From positions 1 to 64,000 of the IMG/VR virus record IMGVR_UViG_3300028549_003662: a stretch of DNA of 64,000 bases. The stretch is one strand, 5' to 3'. Numbering within the stretch: position 1 is the first letter of the stretch; the number at the start of each line of letters is the position of its first letter. Shown here in pieces: positions 36,621-45,768 of this stretch. Origin of the DNA: a virus. Both the position numbers and the translations under genes were made by a program. A model generated the notes under the pieces. That model made no database searches. It worked only from the letters and a program-made list of their open reading frames with translations, and was not told where the DNA came from.

Positions 36621-37171
36621 TATGCATCCTCCTTTTCTGTTTTGAACTTCAACTCCGGTATGACATCCTGTTCCCAACCACGTACCGTCGACACGTGGAT
36701 GCTCTGCGTGGTCGTGATGACTACGACGTGGCCGCACCAGTACGGGTTCTCCGTGCAGTCGCGGATGAACTTGAGGGCCTTGGCGGGGTCTGTAGTGCGC
36801 CCGGCGAAGTCCTGATGCGTTCCGCGCGGATCGCCGTCCTCGGATTCAGCATCATACATGATGAACCACGCATCATCGGCGTACACTTTCCGCACACGAT
36901 GTTGCTGCGCATCACGTAGTTGCTTCAGCATCTCCTCGGTGTGCACGAATATGGCGTACACATTCCCCGCGTTGTCTTGCAGCGCGCACTCGCTGACATC
37001 GAAGGTGCGTCCGTGCAGCTTCTCGAAGTGCAGCATCATGTCGTTGACTTGGTGCTCGAACATCACTGCCGTGAACTTTTTGGTCAGGCTGTTGAAGCAC
37101 GGCCGGTGGACGTCAACTACATATGTGGCGTCGGAATGCTCTTTCACGTAGGACTTTAGGCGGTATCCCAT
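36620..37171 (-). CDS. Hypothetical protein
   Basis: 183 aa, RBS. Confidence 0.7.
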   Translation of the reverse strand: MGYRLKSYVKEHSDATYVVDVHRPCFNSLTKKFTAVMFEHQVNDMMLHFEKLHGRTFDVSECALQDNAGNVYAIFVHTEEMLKQLRDAQQHRVRKVYADDAWFIMYDAESEDGDPRGTHQDFAGRTTDPAKALKFIRDCTENPYWCGHVVVITTTQSIHVSTVRGWEQDVIPELKFKTEKEDA

Positions 37172-37593
37172 CGCTCCTCCTTTTCTTCAGGGTAGTGCGT
37201 ATCCAGCCACTCCTCTATGTTTTGGAGACAGATGTTCATTGCGGCGCGGTGTTTGCGCGCTGAGGTATGCGGGTAGCGGTCCTTGATTGCGTTCATGGCG
37301 TCGCACATCTCCTGTGAAGGCGGCGAGCTGAGGATGTTGATATCACGCAGACGCGTTTGGCTTTCGTAGAATGCGCAGAACTCGCTGTCGTTTTTGCGAT
37401 GCTCAGCTATGCGATTCGCTAGGTGCTGCACGCTTTTTTGGTGCTCCGTCGCTTTTATCAGTGCACGCCCGGCATGGCGCAGAGCATCCTGTAGCCGCAG
37501 CCTCTTGTTTCGCGCCGAGATGACGTGCAACAAGTAGGCTACCGCTGCGATGCCCAACACAATGAGCGCGATAACTTTTGCGGCGGCCATCAC
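37156..37593 (-). CDS. Membrane-anchored hypothetical protein
   Basis: N-term TM helix. Confidence 0.65.
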   Translation of the reverse strand: MMAAAKVIALIVLGIAAVAYLLHVISARNKRLRLQDALRHAGRALIKATEHQKSVQHLANRIAEHRKNDSEFCAFYESQTRLRDINILSSPPSQEMCDAMNAIKDRYPHTSARKHRAAMNICLQNIEEWLDTHYPEEKEERWDTA

Positions 37594-38036
37594 AACACCT
37601 TACTGAGCGCCTTGAACCAGCAGTCCACAGCCATCTCCGGTTCTTGACTGCAAAAGGCGTCACCGTGCTCGCATGACGCGCTGTGTGTGCGCGGGCAACC
37701 ACGGATACTGGCCATCGTGACCGCGGCGTCGCGCAGTCGCCGCATCTGCCCCGCTTTCTTAGCATCTGCGCAGCCGGGCAACGCCGTGTATATGAGATGC
37801 CCAAAGTTCGCGTTCGTGGGGTAGAGGAGGTACTTCGCTGCGGCGTCAGCGGCCGGATGCGCTATGTACTCCACGACTTTCTCCGGCGGCGGGGCCTCGT
37901 AGTTGCGCAGCGCATCGGCGTTGCGAACCAGCCGGGCAGCGACGGCCTCCAGCAATCCGGCGCTGCATTTATTCCCGAACTTCTCAAGGGCCTTGGCCAT
38001 GTCGTACGAGGACATGCGGTTGTAGTCGTTGCTCAT
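37590..38036 (-). CDS. Hypothetical protein
   Basis: RBS, overlaps. Confidence 0.65.
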   Translation of the reverse strand: MSNDYNRMSSYDMAKALEKFGNKCSAGLLEAVAARLVRNADALRNYEAPPPEKVVEYIAHPAADAAAKYLLYPTNANFGHLIYTALPGCADAKKAGQMRRLRDAAVTMASIRGCPRTHSASCEHGDAFCSQEPEMAVDCWFKALSKVL

Positions 38037-38293
38037 TGCTCCTCCAGGTGCAGGGCACCGATGTGTGTAGTGGTGCGCATGACGAGTTGGTTGGCCAGCT
38101 TTTCACCGAAGCGCTTCTTCATCGCGGTGACGACCCGGCGCATGTCCGACGTGATGTCGTCGCCGTATTCCTTCGACGGCGCGGTGGCGCGGAGCTCGCG
38201 CAACTCAGCGAGCCTCGCGACCTGGCTGGCCAACCAGCGCAGGTCGTTGTCCTGGGCCTTGCGGTAGGTGCGTTCGAGGTCAGCAGCTTTCAT
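38033..38293 (-). CDS. Hypothetical protein
   Basis: RBS, overlaps. Confidence 0.65.
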   Translation of the reverse strand: MKAADLERTYRKAQDNDLRWLASQVARLAELRELRATAPSKEYGDDITSDMRRVVTAMKKRFGEKLANQLVMRTTTHIGALHLEEQ

Positions 38294-38960
38294 CGGCGTC
38301 CTCCGCGATTACGCGGCCGTTGAAGTAGCTCGCCAGGGTGGTGCAGGAGCGTTCCTCTTTAGGCAACAGGTTGCACGTGAAGAAGACGTCGATGTGCCCA
38401 TCACAGTCTTCAATGACCTCGATGAGTTTCTCCGGGTGCTTGCACGACATCTTGATGGCGACGTCGTGGTATTCGCCGAGGCGCTTGATGAGTTCCGGGA
38501 TCGCGGCAGGCGGGGTTCCGAGCTTGCCGTCCATCCACATGAGGGCCTCTTCGAGACTGCGCTGGTGGGTGCAGCCGCTGCGGCCGGTCTTGTTCAGCCA
38601 CGCGTTGACGTTCCTGGCGGCGCAGATGAGGTGCTCGACCTTCTCCAGGAAGCGCTTCACCGGCACGGCGCCGTTCCACGTAGCGGGTTCGCCCTTGGCG
38701 CCGGAGATGAGCTGGTAGATCTCATGCACCGTCGAGGAGTGGCAGCGCGCCTCCCCGGAGTGGATCTGCGCTTCCAGCTTCAGGCGCTCGGTGAGGTCGC
38801 GCAGCTTTTCGTTCTCGGCCAGCAGGGCGCAGACACGCTGCTCGACCTCGTTGAGGTCGACGGTGATGAGCCCGGTAGCGGTGTCGTAGCTGACGTTGAC
38901 GTGGGTATCGGAAAGGCTCTCGCAGAGCATGGAGCCTTGGCGGCGAGTGGTGCGTCTCAT
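38280..38960 (-). CDS. Hypothetical protein
   Basis: LKLEAQIH..EAR...VHEIYQ..SG..GEP..WNGA.PV phage motif. Confidence 0.65.
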   Translation of the reverse strand: MRRTTRRQGSMLCESLSDTHVNVSYDTATGLITVDLNEVEQRVCALLAENEKLRDLTERLKLEAQIHSGEARCHSSTVHEIYQLISGAKGEPATWNGAVPVKRFLEKVEHLICAARNVNAWLNKTGRSGCTHQRSLEEALMWMDGKLGTPPAAIPELIKRLGEYHDVAIKMSCKHPEKLIEVIEDCDGHIDVFFTCNLLPKEERSCTTLASYFNGRVIAEDADESC

Positions 38961-39466
38961 ATCTTCTCGACCTCCTTGAGGATGGTGGTTACGGCTGCGG
39001 TGTTGCCGGCGCGGGCCTGAGAGGATGCGGCGGCGATGTGCCCGCGTATTCTTCCCAACTTTTCCAGTACGACCCCCAGGCTGGCGCGGGAGTCGTCGAT
39101 GTCGCGTTGCATGTTCTTTTCGCGGTGCTGGTAGTTGCGAACGTGCGAGCGCATGCGGCTGATGTCCCTGAAGGCGGCTTCGAGGGCCTTGTAGAGCGCG
39201 GGCGAGCACATGTAGTCGCTGTCCGCGATGGTCACGCTCTCTGATGTGGCGTCGTGGAGTTCGCGGCGCATGTGCGCGATCTCGTTGCAAAGCTCCCGCA
39301 GGTAGCCGGGGCGCTTGATGTGCGCGATGTCGGCGGCCTCAATGCTCTCGCCGTTGTTGGTGTACACGTGCTTGCCGTCCTCAGACACGCGGTGGATGAT
39401 GACGACGCGGCGCTCGGATATCTGCAAGGCGATGTCGTCACGTATGAACTCAGCGGTCATGTTCAC
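38957..39466 (-). CDS. Hypothetical coiled-coil protein
   Basis: 169 aa, RBS. Confidence 0.65.
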   Translation of the reverse strand: MNMTAEFIRDDIALQISERRVVIIHRVSEDGKHVYTNNGESIEAADIAHIKRPGYLRELCNEIAHMRRELHDATSESVTIADSDYMCSPALYKALEAAFRDISRMRSHVRNYQHREKNMQRDIDDSRASLGVVLEKLGRIRGHIAAASSQARAGNTAAVTTILKEVEKI

Positions 39467-40124
39467 GCTCCTCTATGCGCAGCGCGTCAAGCGCGCTTTG
39501 GAAGGCTTCGTCAGTGGCCTTGGAGAGCTCGGCGCGCACGCCAGGGATGTCGTAGACGCTCTTGAGCATGAGCTCCAGTATAAGCACCCGACGCTCCGCG
39601 ACGTGCCGGGCGTCCATCTCCGCGATCATGCGCAGAAGGTCAGGGTGCTCGACGGCATAAATGATGTTGTCGAGCTTGCTGATGATGTATCTCTGCGCGG
39701 CGATGGTCTGATCGCGCTTCGCCACAGCATCTTTCTGGCAGATGATCTCGGCGCGCAGAGCGGCCATGTGATCTCCGAGAGAGGCAACATAGCCCATGAG
39801 CTCACGCATGTTTTCGTGTGCAATGGCGCAGAAGGCAGCATGGTAGTTGCTGTCGAACTCCACGGGGTTGTGTCCGGGGATGGTGAGCATCCCGTCGGTT
39901 TTGTCGGCCGCCCACCCCTGCGAGGGGCAGTTGTTCCAGGCCCGCCAGACCTGTCGCAGCGCATCAGGAGCGTCCGGCATGGCGGTAAAACGGTCCTCGT
40001 GGGCCTTGCACGCTGCGTGCGCATCTTGCAGCGCTTGCTCGCCAGCATCGTCGGTCCAGTCATGGCCGGGGATGGCCAGTGCAAGCATGTTCTTCATCGC
40101 CATGTAGAGCTTGTGTGCGCTCAT
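39450..40124 (-). CDS. Hypothetical protein
   Basis: 224 aa, RBS. Confidence 0.7.
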   Translation of the reverse strand: MSAHKLYMAMKNMLALAIPGHDWTDDAGEQALQDAHAACKAHEDRFTAMPDAPDALRQVWRAWNNCPSQGWAADKTDGMLTIPGHNPVEFDSNYHAAFCAIAHENMRELMGYVASLGDHMAALRAEIICQKDAVAKRDQTIAAQRYIISKLDNIIYAVEHPDLLRMIAEMDARHVAERRVLILELMLKSVYDIPGVRAELSKATDEAFQSALDALRIEEREHDR

Positions 40125-40546
40125 TGTTCCTCCGTCACGGCTTCTTCGCCGAGCTTGGTGAATTTTACCACGAACTCCGAGTACTCGCGGCAGAACACGC
40201 GGCCCGTGCGGTCCATGTACACCGCCATGCGCTGCCCGTCCTGTGCGTTCGTGGCGTTGGTGGCCTCCGTGTACAGGACCACGTAGAGCTTCTTGTTCTT
40301 GTCGTTGCGGTAGATGTTGTCGCTCACCAGTTTCTCCCCGCGCAGCACGCGCTTGTAGCGGTCCAGTTCAACTTGCAGCGCAGCGCCCGCGCCGTTCTCG
40401 CCGCGAATGTGCGCCCACACCTTGCGGAGCAGCACCTGCACATCGCGGACACGCATGAGGCCACCGCCAGGGCTCTTGTGGAGGGCCATCTGGCCCTGAT
40501 CGCCAAGAGAGTACTGAAACTGCTTGATGAGTGCTTTGTTGCTCAT
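40121..40546 (-). CDS. DUF1653-like domain protein
   Basis: IYRNDKNKKLYVVL...ATN...MAVY....VFCREYSEFVVKF. Confidence 0.7.
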   Translation of the reverse strand: MSNKALIKQFQYSLGDQGQMALHKSPGGGLMRVRDVQVLLRKVWAHIRGENGAGAALQVELDRYKRVLRGEKLVSDNIYRNDKNKKLYVVLYTEATNATNAQDGQRMAVYMDRTGRVFCREYSEFVVKFTKLGEEAVTEEQ

Positions 40547-40776
40547 TCCGGCATCTCCTTGACGTACTGAAGGAGTTCCGCAGCCAGGGCCGCCATGTCC
40601 TCCCGGCACCCCGACAGCGGCGGCGTGTTCGGCGGCGTCGCCCACTGGCGGATGCCGTCAATGCTGACGGCCTCTTGGTACTGGATGCACACCATGCCAC
40701 CGTCGTTCTCGGAGATGCGGTAGCGGTAGTCGGGCAGCGTGATGAAGGACTCGCGGTAGACTTCAGGAGTGGCCAT
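40543..40776 (-). CDS. Hypothetical protein
   Basis: RBS, overlap. Confidence 0.65.
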   Translation of the reverse strand: MATPEVYRESFITLPDYRYRISENDGGMVCIQYQEAVSIDGIRQWATPPNTPPLSGCREDMAALAAELLQYVKEMPE

Positions 40777-40777
40777 G

Positions 40778-41182
40778 CTAGCCCTCCTGCGTCGCAGCGA
40801 TGCGGGCGTCGATCACCAGCAGCTCTTCAGCGAACTCTCGCGTCTTCACCATCCGCAGGTGCTCCAGCGCCAGCGCTTCTTCATCGTAGAACCGCATGCC
40901 CCTGCGGCTGTCAGGGTGCTCCCACCGCTGTTCAGGAAACCATGTGTTTCGTTCCTCGCTGAAGTGCCTGACGCCTTCGCGGCATATCAGGTGCTTGGAG
41001 ACACGGCCGGTGTGGATGTTGATGGTGTAGCGCGTGACCGCCAATTCCGGCGGGACGCCGCCGAAGTGTTCCGATCCGAAGCTCTCCGAGTCAGCGTAGG
41101 TGGGGAAGCGCAGCGCACGGTGCAGCGCAAGCTCGTGCTCGACGCGTTCCAGTTCGGCACGCTCCTTCTTTGTCATCGCCAT
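40778..41182 (-). CDS. Hypothetical protein
   Basis: MAMTKKERAE..; first gene after promoter. Confidence 0.7.
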   Translation of the reverse strand: MAMTKKERAELERVEHELALHRALRFPTYADSESFGSEHFGGVPPELAVTRYTINIHTGRVSKHLICREGVRHFSEERNTWFPEQRWEHPDSRRGMRFYDEEALALEHLRMVKTREFAEELLVIDARIAATQEG

Positions 41183-41214
41183 GATGACCTCCTGTGGGGT
41201 TAGTGTTTCGACAC

Positions 41215-41250
41215 GCCGTATCCTTACGGTGTTTTTGTGCTGTTGTCTAC
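41215..41250 (-). promoter_or_regulatory. Promoter of the phage signature type
   Basis: TAGACA-17 bp-TAAGGA-TACGGC. Confidence 0.65.
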
Positions 41251-41269
41251 AACATTCTCGTATGCTTTT

Positions 41270-41467
41270 TTACATCCGAGGCGTGAAGGCTCCGACGTCG
41301 GCCTCGTGACTGCAAGCGCGGCACCGGCAGGGGTCGCCGGGCAGGGGCTCGTAGGGATCGTTGGAGAGGCCGATGCCGGGGCCGTTGTAGTAGACGTTCA
41401 CCGTCATGGTGATTTCGATATGGCCGTTCTCACCATCGTTTCCGCAGTTCGGGCACACATAAGGCAT
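41270..41467 (-). CDS. Zn-ribbon mini-protein (paralog 1)
   Basis: CPNCGNDG...PCRCRAC. Confidence 0.7.
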   Translation of the reverse strand: MPYVCPNCGNDGENGHIEITMTVNVYYNGPGIGLSNDPYEPLPGDPCRCRACSHEADVGAFTPRM

Positions 41468-41470
41468 GGG

Positions 41471-41767
41471 TTACTTACCCTCCTTGAGTTGGCGCGCGAT
41501 GGCCTTCAGGACGCAGACGCTCGTGGACTTCGTCACGCTCTCTCCGGCAGCCTTCATGGCGTCCTTGTTCGCCAACATTCTGAAGGCAGGGTAGAGGTTG
41601 TCCCACCACACCAGGAAGATGTCGTTGAAAGCGGGGTCGGTGCTGGCCTGGATGGCATCCAGACCGATGTGCTGCCCGACAGCCTGCTTCAACTCTTCGG
41701 TGGCGAACTGGATGTAGTAGTCGTTGTGTGCGGCCTTGCCGCTGATGTACTCGCTACGCGTAATCAC
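41471..41767 (-). CDS. Conserved phage hypothetical protein
   Basis: TRSEYI....HNDYYIQF...STDPAFNDI.L..WD. Confidence 0.65.
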   Translation of the reverse strand: MITRSEYISGKAAHNDYYIQFATEELKQAVGQHIGLDAIQASTDPAFNDIFLVWWDNLYPAFRMLANKDAMKAAGESVTKSTSVCVLKAIARQLKEGK

Positions 41768-42224
41768 CGTTGTCTCCCATGTGGTGGTTGATGTGCTTGA
41801 GAAGGCCAAACTGGCTGTCGATGAACCCCGCGTTGACCTCGGCCATGCATCGGGCAGTGAAGCGCTCTCCGGGGCTTGTCGACCACCCCATGCAGCGCGC
41901 TGCCGACTCGTAGTGGTTGCGGTGCAAGCGCGCCACGACGCTACTGTGCCAGTGCCGGATGCTGTTTTCCTTGCTGGGGTTGGCGTCGTTGTTGTTGTTG
42001 TTGAAGCCACCCTCCAGGATGCGGTTGAGTTCCGCGAGGAAGCGTTCATAGATGCGCAGCCGGTGCGCGGCCTTGGTCATCTCGACGAGATGCCACTCCA
42101 GGGCCTCCATGATCTCCCAGCCCTTCTCGGATTGCAGCAGCTTGGCGGTGCTGTGCGCTTCCTCGTAGGCGTCGTTGGCGCACTTGATGAGGTAGTCGGC
42201 GACGGCGTAGGCGCGGCTAAGCAT
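41754..42224 (-). CDS. Hypothetical protein
   Basis: RBS AGGAGG. Confidence 0.65.
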   Translation of the reverse strand: MLSRAYAVADYLIKCANDAYEEAHSTAKLLQSEKGWEIMEALEWHLVEMTKAAHRLRIYERFLAELNRILEGGFNNNNNDANPSKENSIRHWHSSVVARLHRNHYESAARCMGWSTSPGERFTARCMAEVNAGFIDSQFGLLKHINHHMGDNGDYA

Positions 42225-42522
42225 TCTTCACCTCCTTGCGGCGCACGAAGAACCAGCCGTTGACCCAGAACCCGGTCTGCCCGCCGTCCCCGGAAGGCAC
42301 GATGAGCGGAGCGACGTCGATCTCGATGTCGTTGTCACTGGGCAACTCGTACTTCTCGCGCGCCAGGTCGACGTAGGGCTTGAGTTCGTCGAGGTCGAGC
42401 AGGCTTTCCCGCATGGCGACGACGTGGCGCTTGATGTCGGCAACGCGTTCCGCGCACGGCGGGTCACAGGATTCGGTGAAGCCTTCAGCGGCAGCGATGA
42501 GGTGCTCGATGTGTTCGCGCAT
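42217..42522 (-). CDS. Hypothetical protein
   Basis: DIEID...GFWVNGWFFV motif. Confidence 0.65.
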   Translation of the reverse strand: MREHIEHLIAAAEGFTESCDPPCAERVADIKRHVVAMRESLLDLDELKPYVDLAREKYELPSDNDIEIDVAPLIVPSGDGGQTGFWVNGWFFVRRKEVKNA

Positions 42523-42782
42523 TATTTCACGTCCTTCAGGTTTGTGACGCTCTTGGCGTCGTAGTGGGTGTGGAACTGATACAGCTTCCGCGTCTCGCGG
42601 GGCAGCGGGCACTGTGCCTCGTTGCAGTTGCCCTCAACATCGCTGGTGTTGTCGTCGTGGATGCAGAACACCAGTTCAGGTGTGCAGGTGTTTTCGTAGT
42701 CTGGGGTGTCGCGGCAAGCCACCTCCCAGAGACCCCGGAAGTACGGGCAGCCTTTGCCGAACCAGTAGGGGGATTCAGGCAT
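42522..42782 (-). CDS. Cys-rich hypothetical protein
   Basis: FCIH...EGNC..QCPL. Confidence 0.65.
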   Translation of the reverse strand: MPESPYWFGKGCPYFRGLWEVACRDTPDYENTCTPELVFCIHDDNTSDVEGNCNEAQCPLPRETRKLYQFHTHYDAKSVTNLKDVK

Positions 42783-42785
42783 TGT

Positions 42786-43136
42786 CTACTCCTTGAGCGC
42801 GTCGTTGAGCAGCGCGATGTGAATCTCGACGGTCTCCATAGCTTTCTTCATGCGCTTCGCTCCAGCGATCTTCTTGTCGCGCATGTAGATGATGGCCTCA
42901 CGCTCCGTGGGCCGCCAGGGCTGGTCGTTGTTCGTGACCTGTGCGCGGTTCAGCCACAGGCTCTGCTTCTCGACGTCGCGCAATCCCGTAAAGAGGTTCT
43001 TGCGCTCGAACTCCACGTCCAGGTAGTTGCTGTTGGCAGTGGGCACCTTGACGACGGTGCCGGAGATGACGTTGAACTTCTTCTTTCCGACGGAAGTGAC
43101 CGCGTATGCGGTCTGGCCGATCTGGAGATTAACCAT
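42786..43136 (-). CDS. Hypothetical protein
   Basis: RBS. Confidence 0.7.
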   Translation of the reverse strand: MVNLQIGQTAYAVTSVGKKKFNVISGTVVKVPTANSNYLDVEFERKNLFTGLRDVEKQSLWLNRAQVTNNDQPWRPTEREAIIYMRDKKIAGAKRMKKAMETVEIHIALLNDALKE

Positions 43137-43148
43137 GCTGTGCTCCTT

Positions 43149-43427
43149 TTAAGCGTCGAGCACGTAGACGACAACATCCACATGCTCACGCTGCTTGCGC
43201 GTTATTTCTTCTCGCTCCAGTTTCCAACCCGCCTTGCGTGCGATCTCTGCTGTGTAATCAGCTAGCAACTCCTGCGCTTTTCCAAGCGTCGGCGCTCGCA
43301 TATTGCGGTACGAGCCGTTGTGGTTTTCACAGCGCAAAGCGCGCCACTTCGTGCCCCAGAAGCTGGTTTCTTGCGTCTGCACCTCGAAGCCGTAGAGGGG
43401 TCCGCGATCAATGATTCTGTAGAGCAC
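43149..43427 (-). CDS. Hypothetical protein
   Basis: GTG start after upstream stop. Confidence 0.55.
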   Translation of the reverse strand: MLYRIIDRGPLYGFEVQTQETSFWGTKWRALRCENHNGSYRNMRAPTLGKAQELLADYTAEIARKAGWKLEREEITRKQREHVDVVVYVLDA

Positions 43428-43429
43428 GG

Positions 43430-43990
43430 CTACAACCCCAGTGCGGTGAACTTGTCGCGCAGCGCGTCGAAGCGCATGCGCTCTTCGCCGGTGAGGGTGA
43501 GGTAACGGCAGGAGAGGTGGAAGAACTCGCGCATGTCCTCGAACAGCGAGCCCTGCGCGAGGATGGGGTGTGCGGCGGCTATTGCGGCCGTCCCGGTCTT
43601 GTACAGCTCTTGCGCGGTCTCTCGCGTCATTGGGGAACCCGCGGTGTTGCCGCACACTGCGATGTACGCCCCCAGGGCGCCTTGCAGCGTAGCGAGCACC
43701 GCGGCGACCTCGCGTCCCCACCAGTGGTCGTGCTTGCTGCACGGCTCACGCATACACAATGCTAGGTTGCCCCTGTTGCCGCAGTGGCCGCATTCATCGG
43801 TTTCGAATGCGTTCTGCTTCCGCGCCACGTACACGGTAACGGTGAATGCGTGGGCGTCACCCATCGTCTTAAATTGGTACTCAGTGCGGTCAGGGAGGTG
43901 CAACGCGTCGATGGTATAGCCATGCGTGTTCACGAGATGCGTGATGATGGCATCCAGCGCTGTGTTGTCAATGGCGATTATGCGGTTCAT
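43430..43990 (-). CDS. Hypothetical protein
   Basis: RBS, CxxC. Confidence 0.65.
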   Translation of the reverse strand: MNRIIAIDNTALDAIITHLVNTHGYTIDALHLPDRTEYQFKTMGDAHAFTVTVYVARKQNAFETDECGHCGNRGNLALCMREPCSKHDHWWGREVAAVLATLQGALGAYIAVCGNTAGSPMTRETAQELYKTGTAAIAAAHPILAQGSLFEDMREFFHLSCRYLTLTGEERMRFDALRDKFTALGL

Positions 43991-44002
43991 TGTCGCTCCT
44001 TT

Positions 44003-44281
44003 TCAGTAGTTCTTGTGGGCGTCCCAGCCCTGGTCGTCGTCCTCATCGGATTCAGCGGCGACTTGCCGCGACGCGATGAGTCGTGCTTCTTCCAGGGGGA
44101 GGACACGAGGGTTGTTGTACTGCAACTGCGCGACCTTCTTATCGGCGGCTGCCCGTGAGGCGTACACGAAGGCGTCATCGAGCGTCCGCGACCAGAAGCT
44201 CTTCTGGCAGACGTGGCGGTTCACCATGAAGATCGTCTCCGCGTTCTTGAACGAGTAGGTGGCGATGACGAAGCCGCTCAT
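44003..44281 (-). CDS. Hypothetical protein
   Basis: RBS. Confidence 0.65.
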   Translation of the reverse strand: MSGFVIATYSFKNAETIFMVNRHVCQKSFWSRTLDDAFVYASRAAADKKVAQLQYNNPRVLPLEEARLIASRQVAAESDEDDDQGWDAHKNY

Positions 44282-44523
44282 CCGTGCCTCCTTGCGCCCT
44301 CAATAGCGGAGAGCTTCATGTCCGCGCTTGCCTTGCGCAGCCCCGCAGCCAGGTCGCGCAGCCTGACGATGAGGCGCATCTGGTCGGTGCTGAGCGCCCT
44401 GATTTCCAGCTTTTGCGCCTTGGCGTCGTGTGCGGTCAGTCCGGGGTCGCCGGTTTCGATGGTGTTCGCCCACATGTCCAGGGCGTAGGCGGACAGTTCG
44501 CGGTCATCCATGTTCATTGGCAT
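44278..44523 (-). CDS. Hypothetical protein
   Basis: ALDMWANTIETGD motif. Confidence 0.6.
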   Translation of the reverse strand: MPMNMDDRELSAYALDMWANTIETGDPGLTAHDAKAQKLEIRALSTDQMRLIVRLRDLAAGLRKASADMKLSAIEGARRHG

Positions 44524-44995
44524 TGCTGGCCTCCTGCAAGTTCTCCGCGAGTGCGATCCGCAGCACCAGCAGCCGGTTGTACTCCACCCAGAACCTGTCG
44601 TCTTCCGGCTTGACCAGCGTGCTGCCGAACACCTTGAGGCGCTCCATGCGGTGGAAGATGATGCAGGTGTAGAAGCACCCGTTGTTGCCGCCCACGGTGC
44701 GGGTGTCGCAGGGGCAGAGGTGATGATTGAGACGGTACAGCGGAGCGATGCGGTCGTGCTTGGTGAACTGATCCGGCCAGAGGTGCATGGCGGGCTCCGG
44801 CCACATCTCCTTGGCCTCACTGCACAGCCCCCACGTGCAGTTCGTGTACTTGTCACCGATGCAGTCGCTGTTCTCGTAGTGCAGCGGGAGCCCGGAGAGC
44901 ACAAGCGCCTGGAGGCGTTGCAGCGCCTCCAGGTAGCCCTTGTCGGTCATGTAGAGGGAGCGCGAGCGCTCCTGCATGTTATTCACTGTCAGCAT
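44504..44995 (-). CDS. Cys-rich hypothetical protein
   Basis: IGDKYTNCTWGLC, CPCD, GCFYTC. Confidence 0.65.
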   Translation of the reverse strand: MLTVNNMQERSRSLYMTDKGYLEALQRLQALVLSGLPLHYENSDCIGDKYTNCTWGLCSEAKEMWPEPAMHLWPDQFTKHDRIAPLYRLNHHLCPCDTRTVGGNNGCFYTCIIFHRMERLKVFGSTLVKPEDDRFWVEYNRLLVLRIALAENLQEASNANEHG

Positions 44996-45404
44996 CGTCG
45001 TCCTCCTCCGGGGTGCGAACCCCGAACACCTGTTCGTTGTTGAGGCCCATGACATCGACGGCGTAGTCCTGCACGGCGTCGATGAGGTTGACGATGCCCT
45101 CGATGGCCTCTTGCGGTTCCTCATCGAGGAGCGCATCCAGGGTCTGCACGTTCATCAAGGCCATCTTCTGCTGCCGCAGCAGCGGCCAGTCCATGCGCAG
45201 CATGAACTCCGGGTGCGTGGCGTCGAGGTCACGCACTCGGATGCTGCGGAAGACCGCGCAGGCCGCGCAGTCGTCCTTGGCGGCGAGTTCCGCAGCCAGT
45301 TCCTTGGCGCGCTCATTCGCGCCGGTCTCGTTGATGTACGGCGTGGGGTCGATGCGGTCCCAGCCGCCGTTGCCGTTACGCATTTCGATCACGTACAAAG
45401 GCAT
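44979..45404 (-). CDS. Hypothetical protein
   Basis: MDWPLLRQQK..L...EGIVNLIDAVQD. Confidence 0.7.
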   Translation of the reverse strand: MPLYVIEMRNGNGGWDRIDPTPYINETGANERAKELAAELAAKDDCAACAVFRSIRVRDLDATHPEFMLRMDWPLLRQQKMALMNVQTLDALLDEEPQEAIEGIVNLIDAVQDYAVDVMGLNNEQVFGVRTPEEDDDADSE

Positions 45405-45405
45405 G

Positions 45406-45756
45406 TCAGGCTCCTTCGGTTTCAGGGTGGTGGATGTCCAGGTAGGTGAGTAGCTTTGCCAGCATGAGCCGTGACGGCGCGCTGTGCATGCGGAGCGTGT
45501 ACTCCTCGTGAAAGCGGTCGCCCTTTCGGGGCAGCAGATCCGCTACAGCTTCTCGCGCTCTCTGCATTTCTCTCTGGCAGTCGAGGTAGTATGTGAGGAA
45601 CTCCATGTCGCTGCGCAGGTAGCGGCGCACACGCTTGTTTGCGATAGGCGCGCACACCCGTCGCGGCTGCTTGCGCTTCGGCGGCCCGCAGTAGTTGCGG
45701 TCACGTTCGCAGGCTATGACGACAGCGATTACGACCAGGATGAGGAAGAACTCCAT
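45406..45756 (-). CDS. Membrane-anchored/lipoprotein-like hypothetical protein
   Basis: MEFFLILVVIAVVIAC. Confidence 0.55.
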   Translation of the reverse strand: MEFFLILVVIAVVIACERDRNYCGPPKRKQPRRVCAPIANKRVRRYLRSDMEFLTYYLDCQREMQRAREAVADLLPRKGDRFHEEYTLRMHSAPSRLMLAKLLTYLDIHHPETEGA

Positions 45757-45768
45757 AGCGGCCCTCCA

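Noticed and set aside
41989-42002. (GTT)n microsatellite
   Set aside because: Short in-frame Asn run; no sign of phase variation
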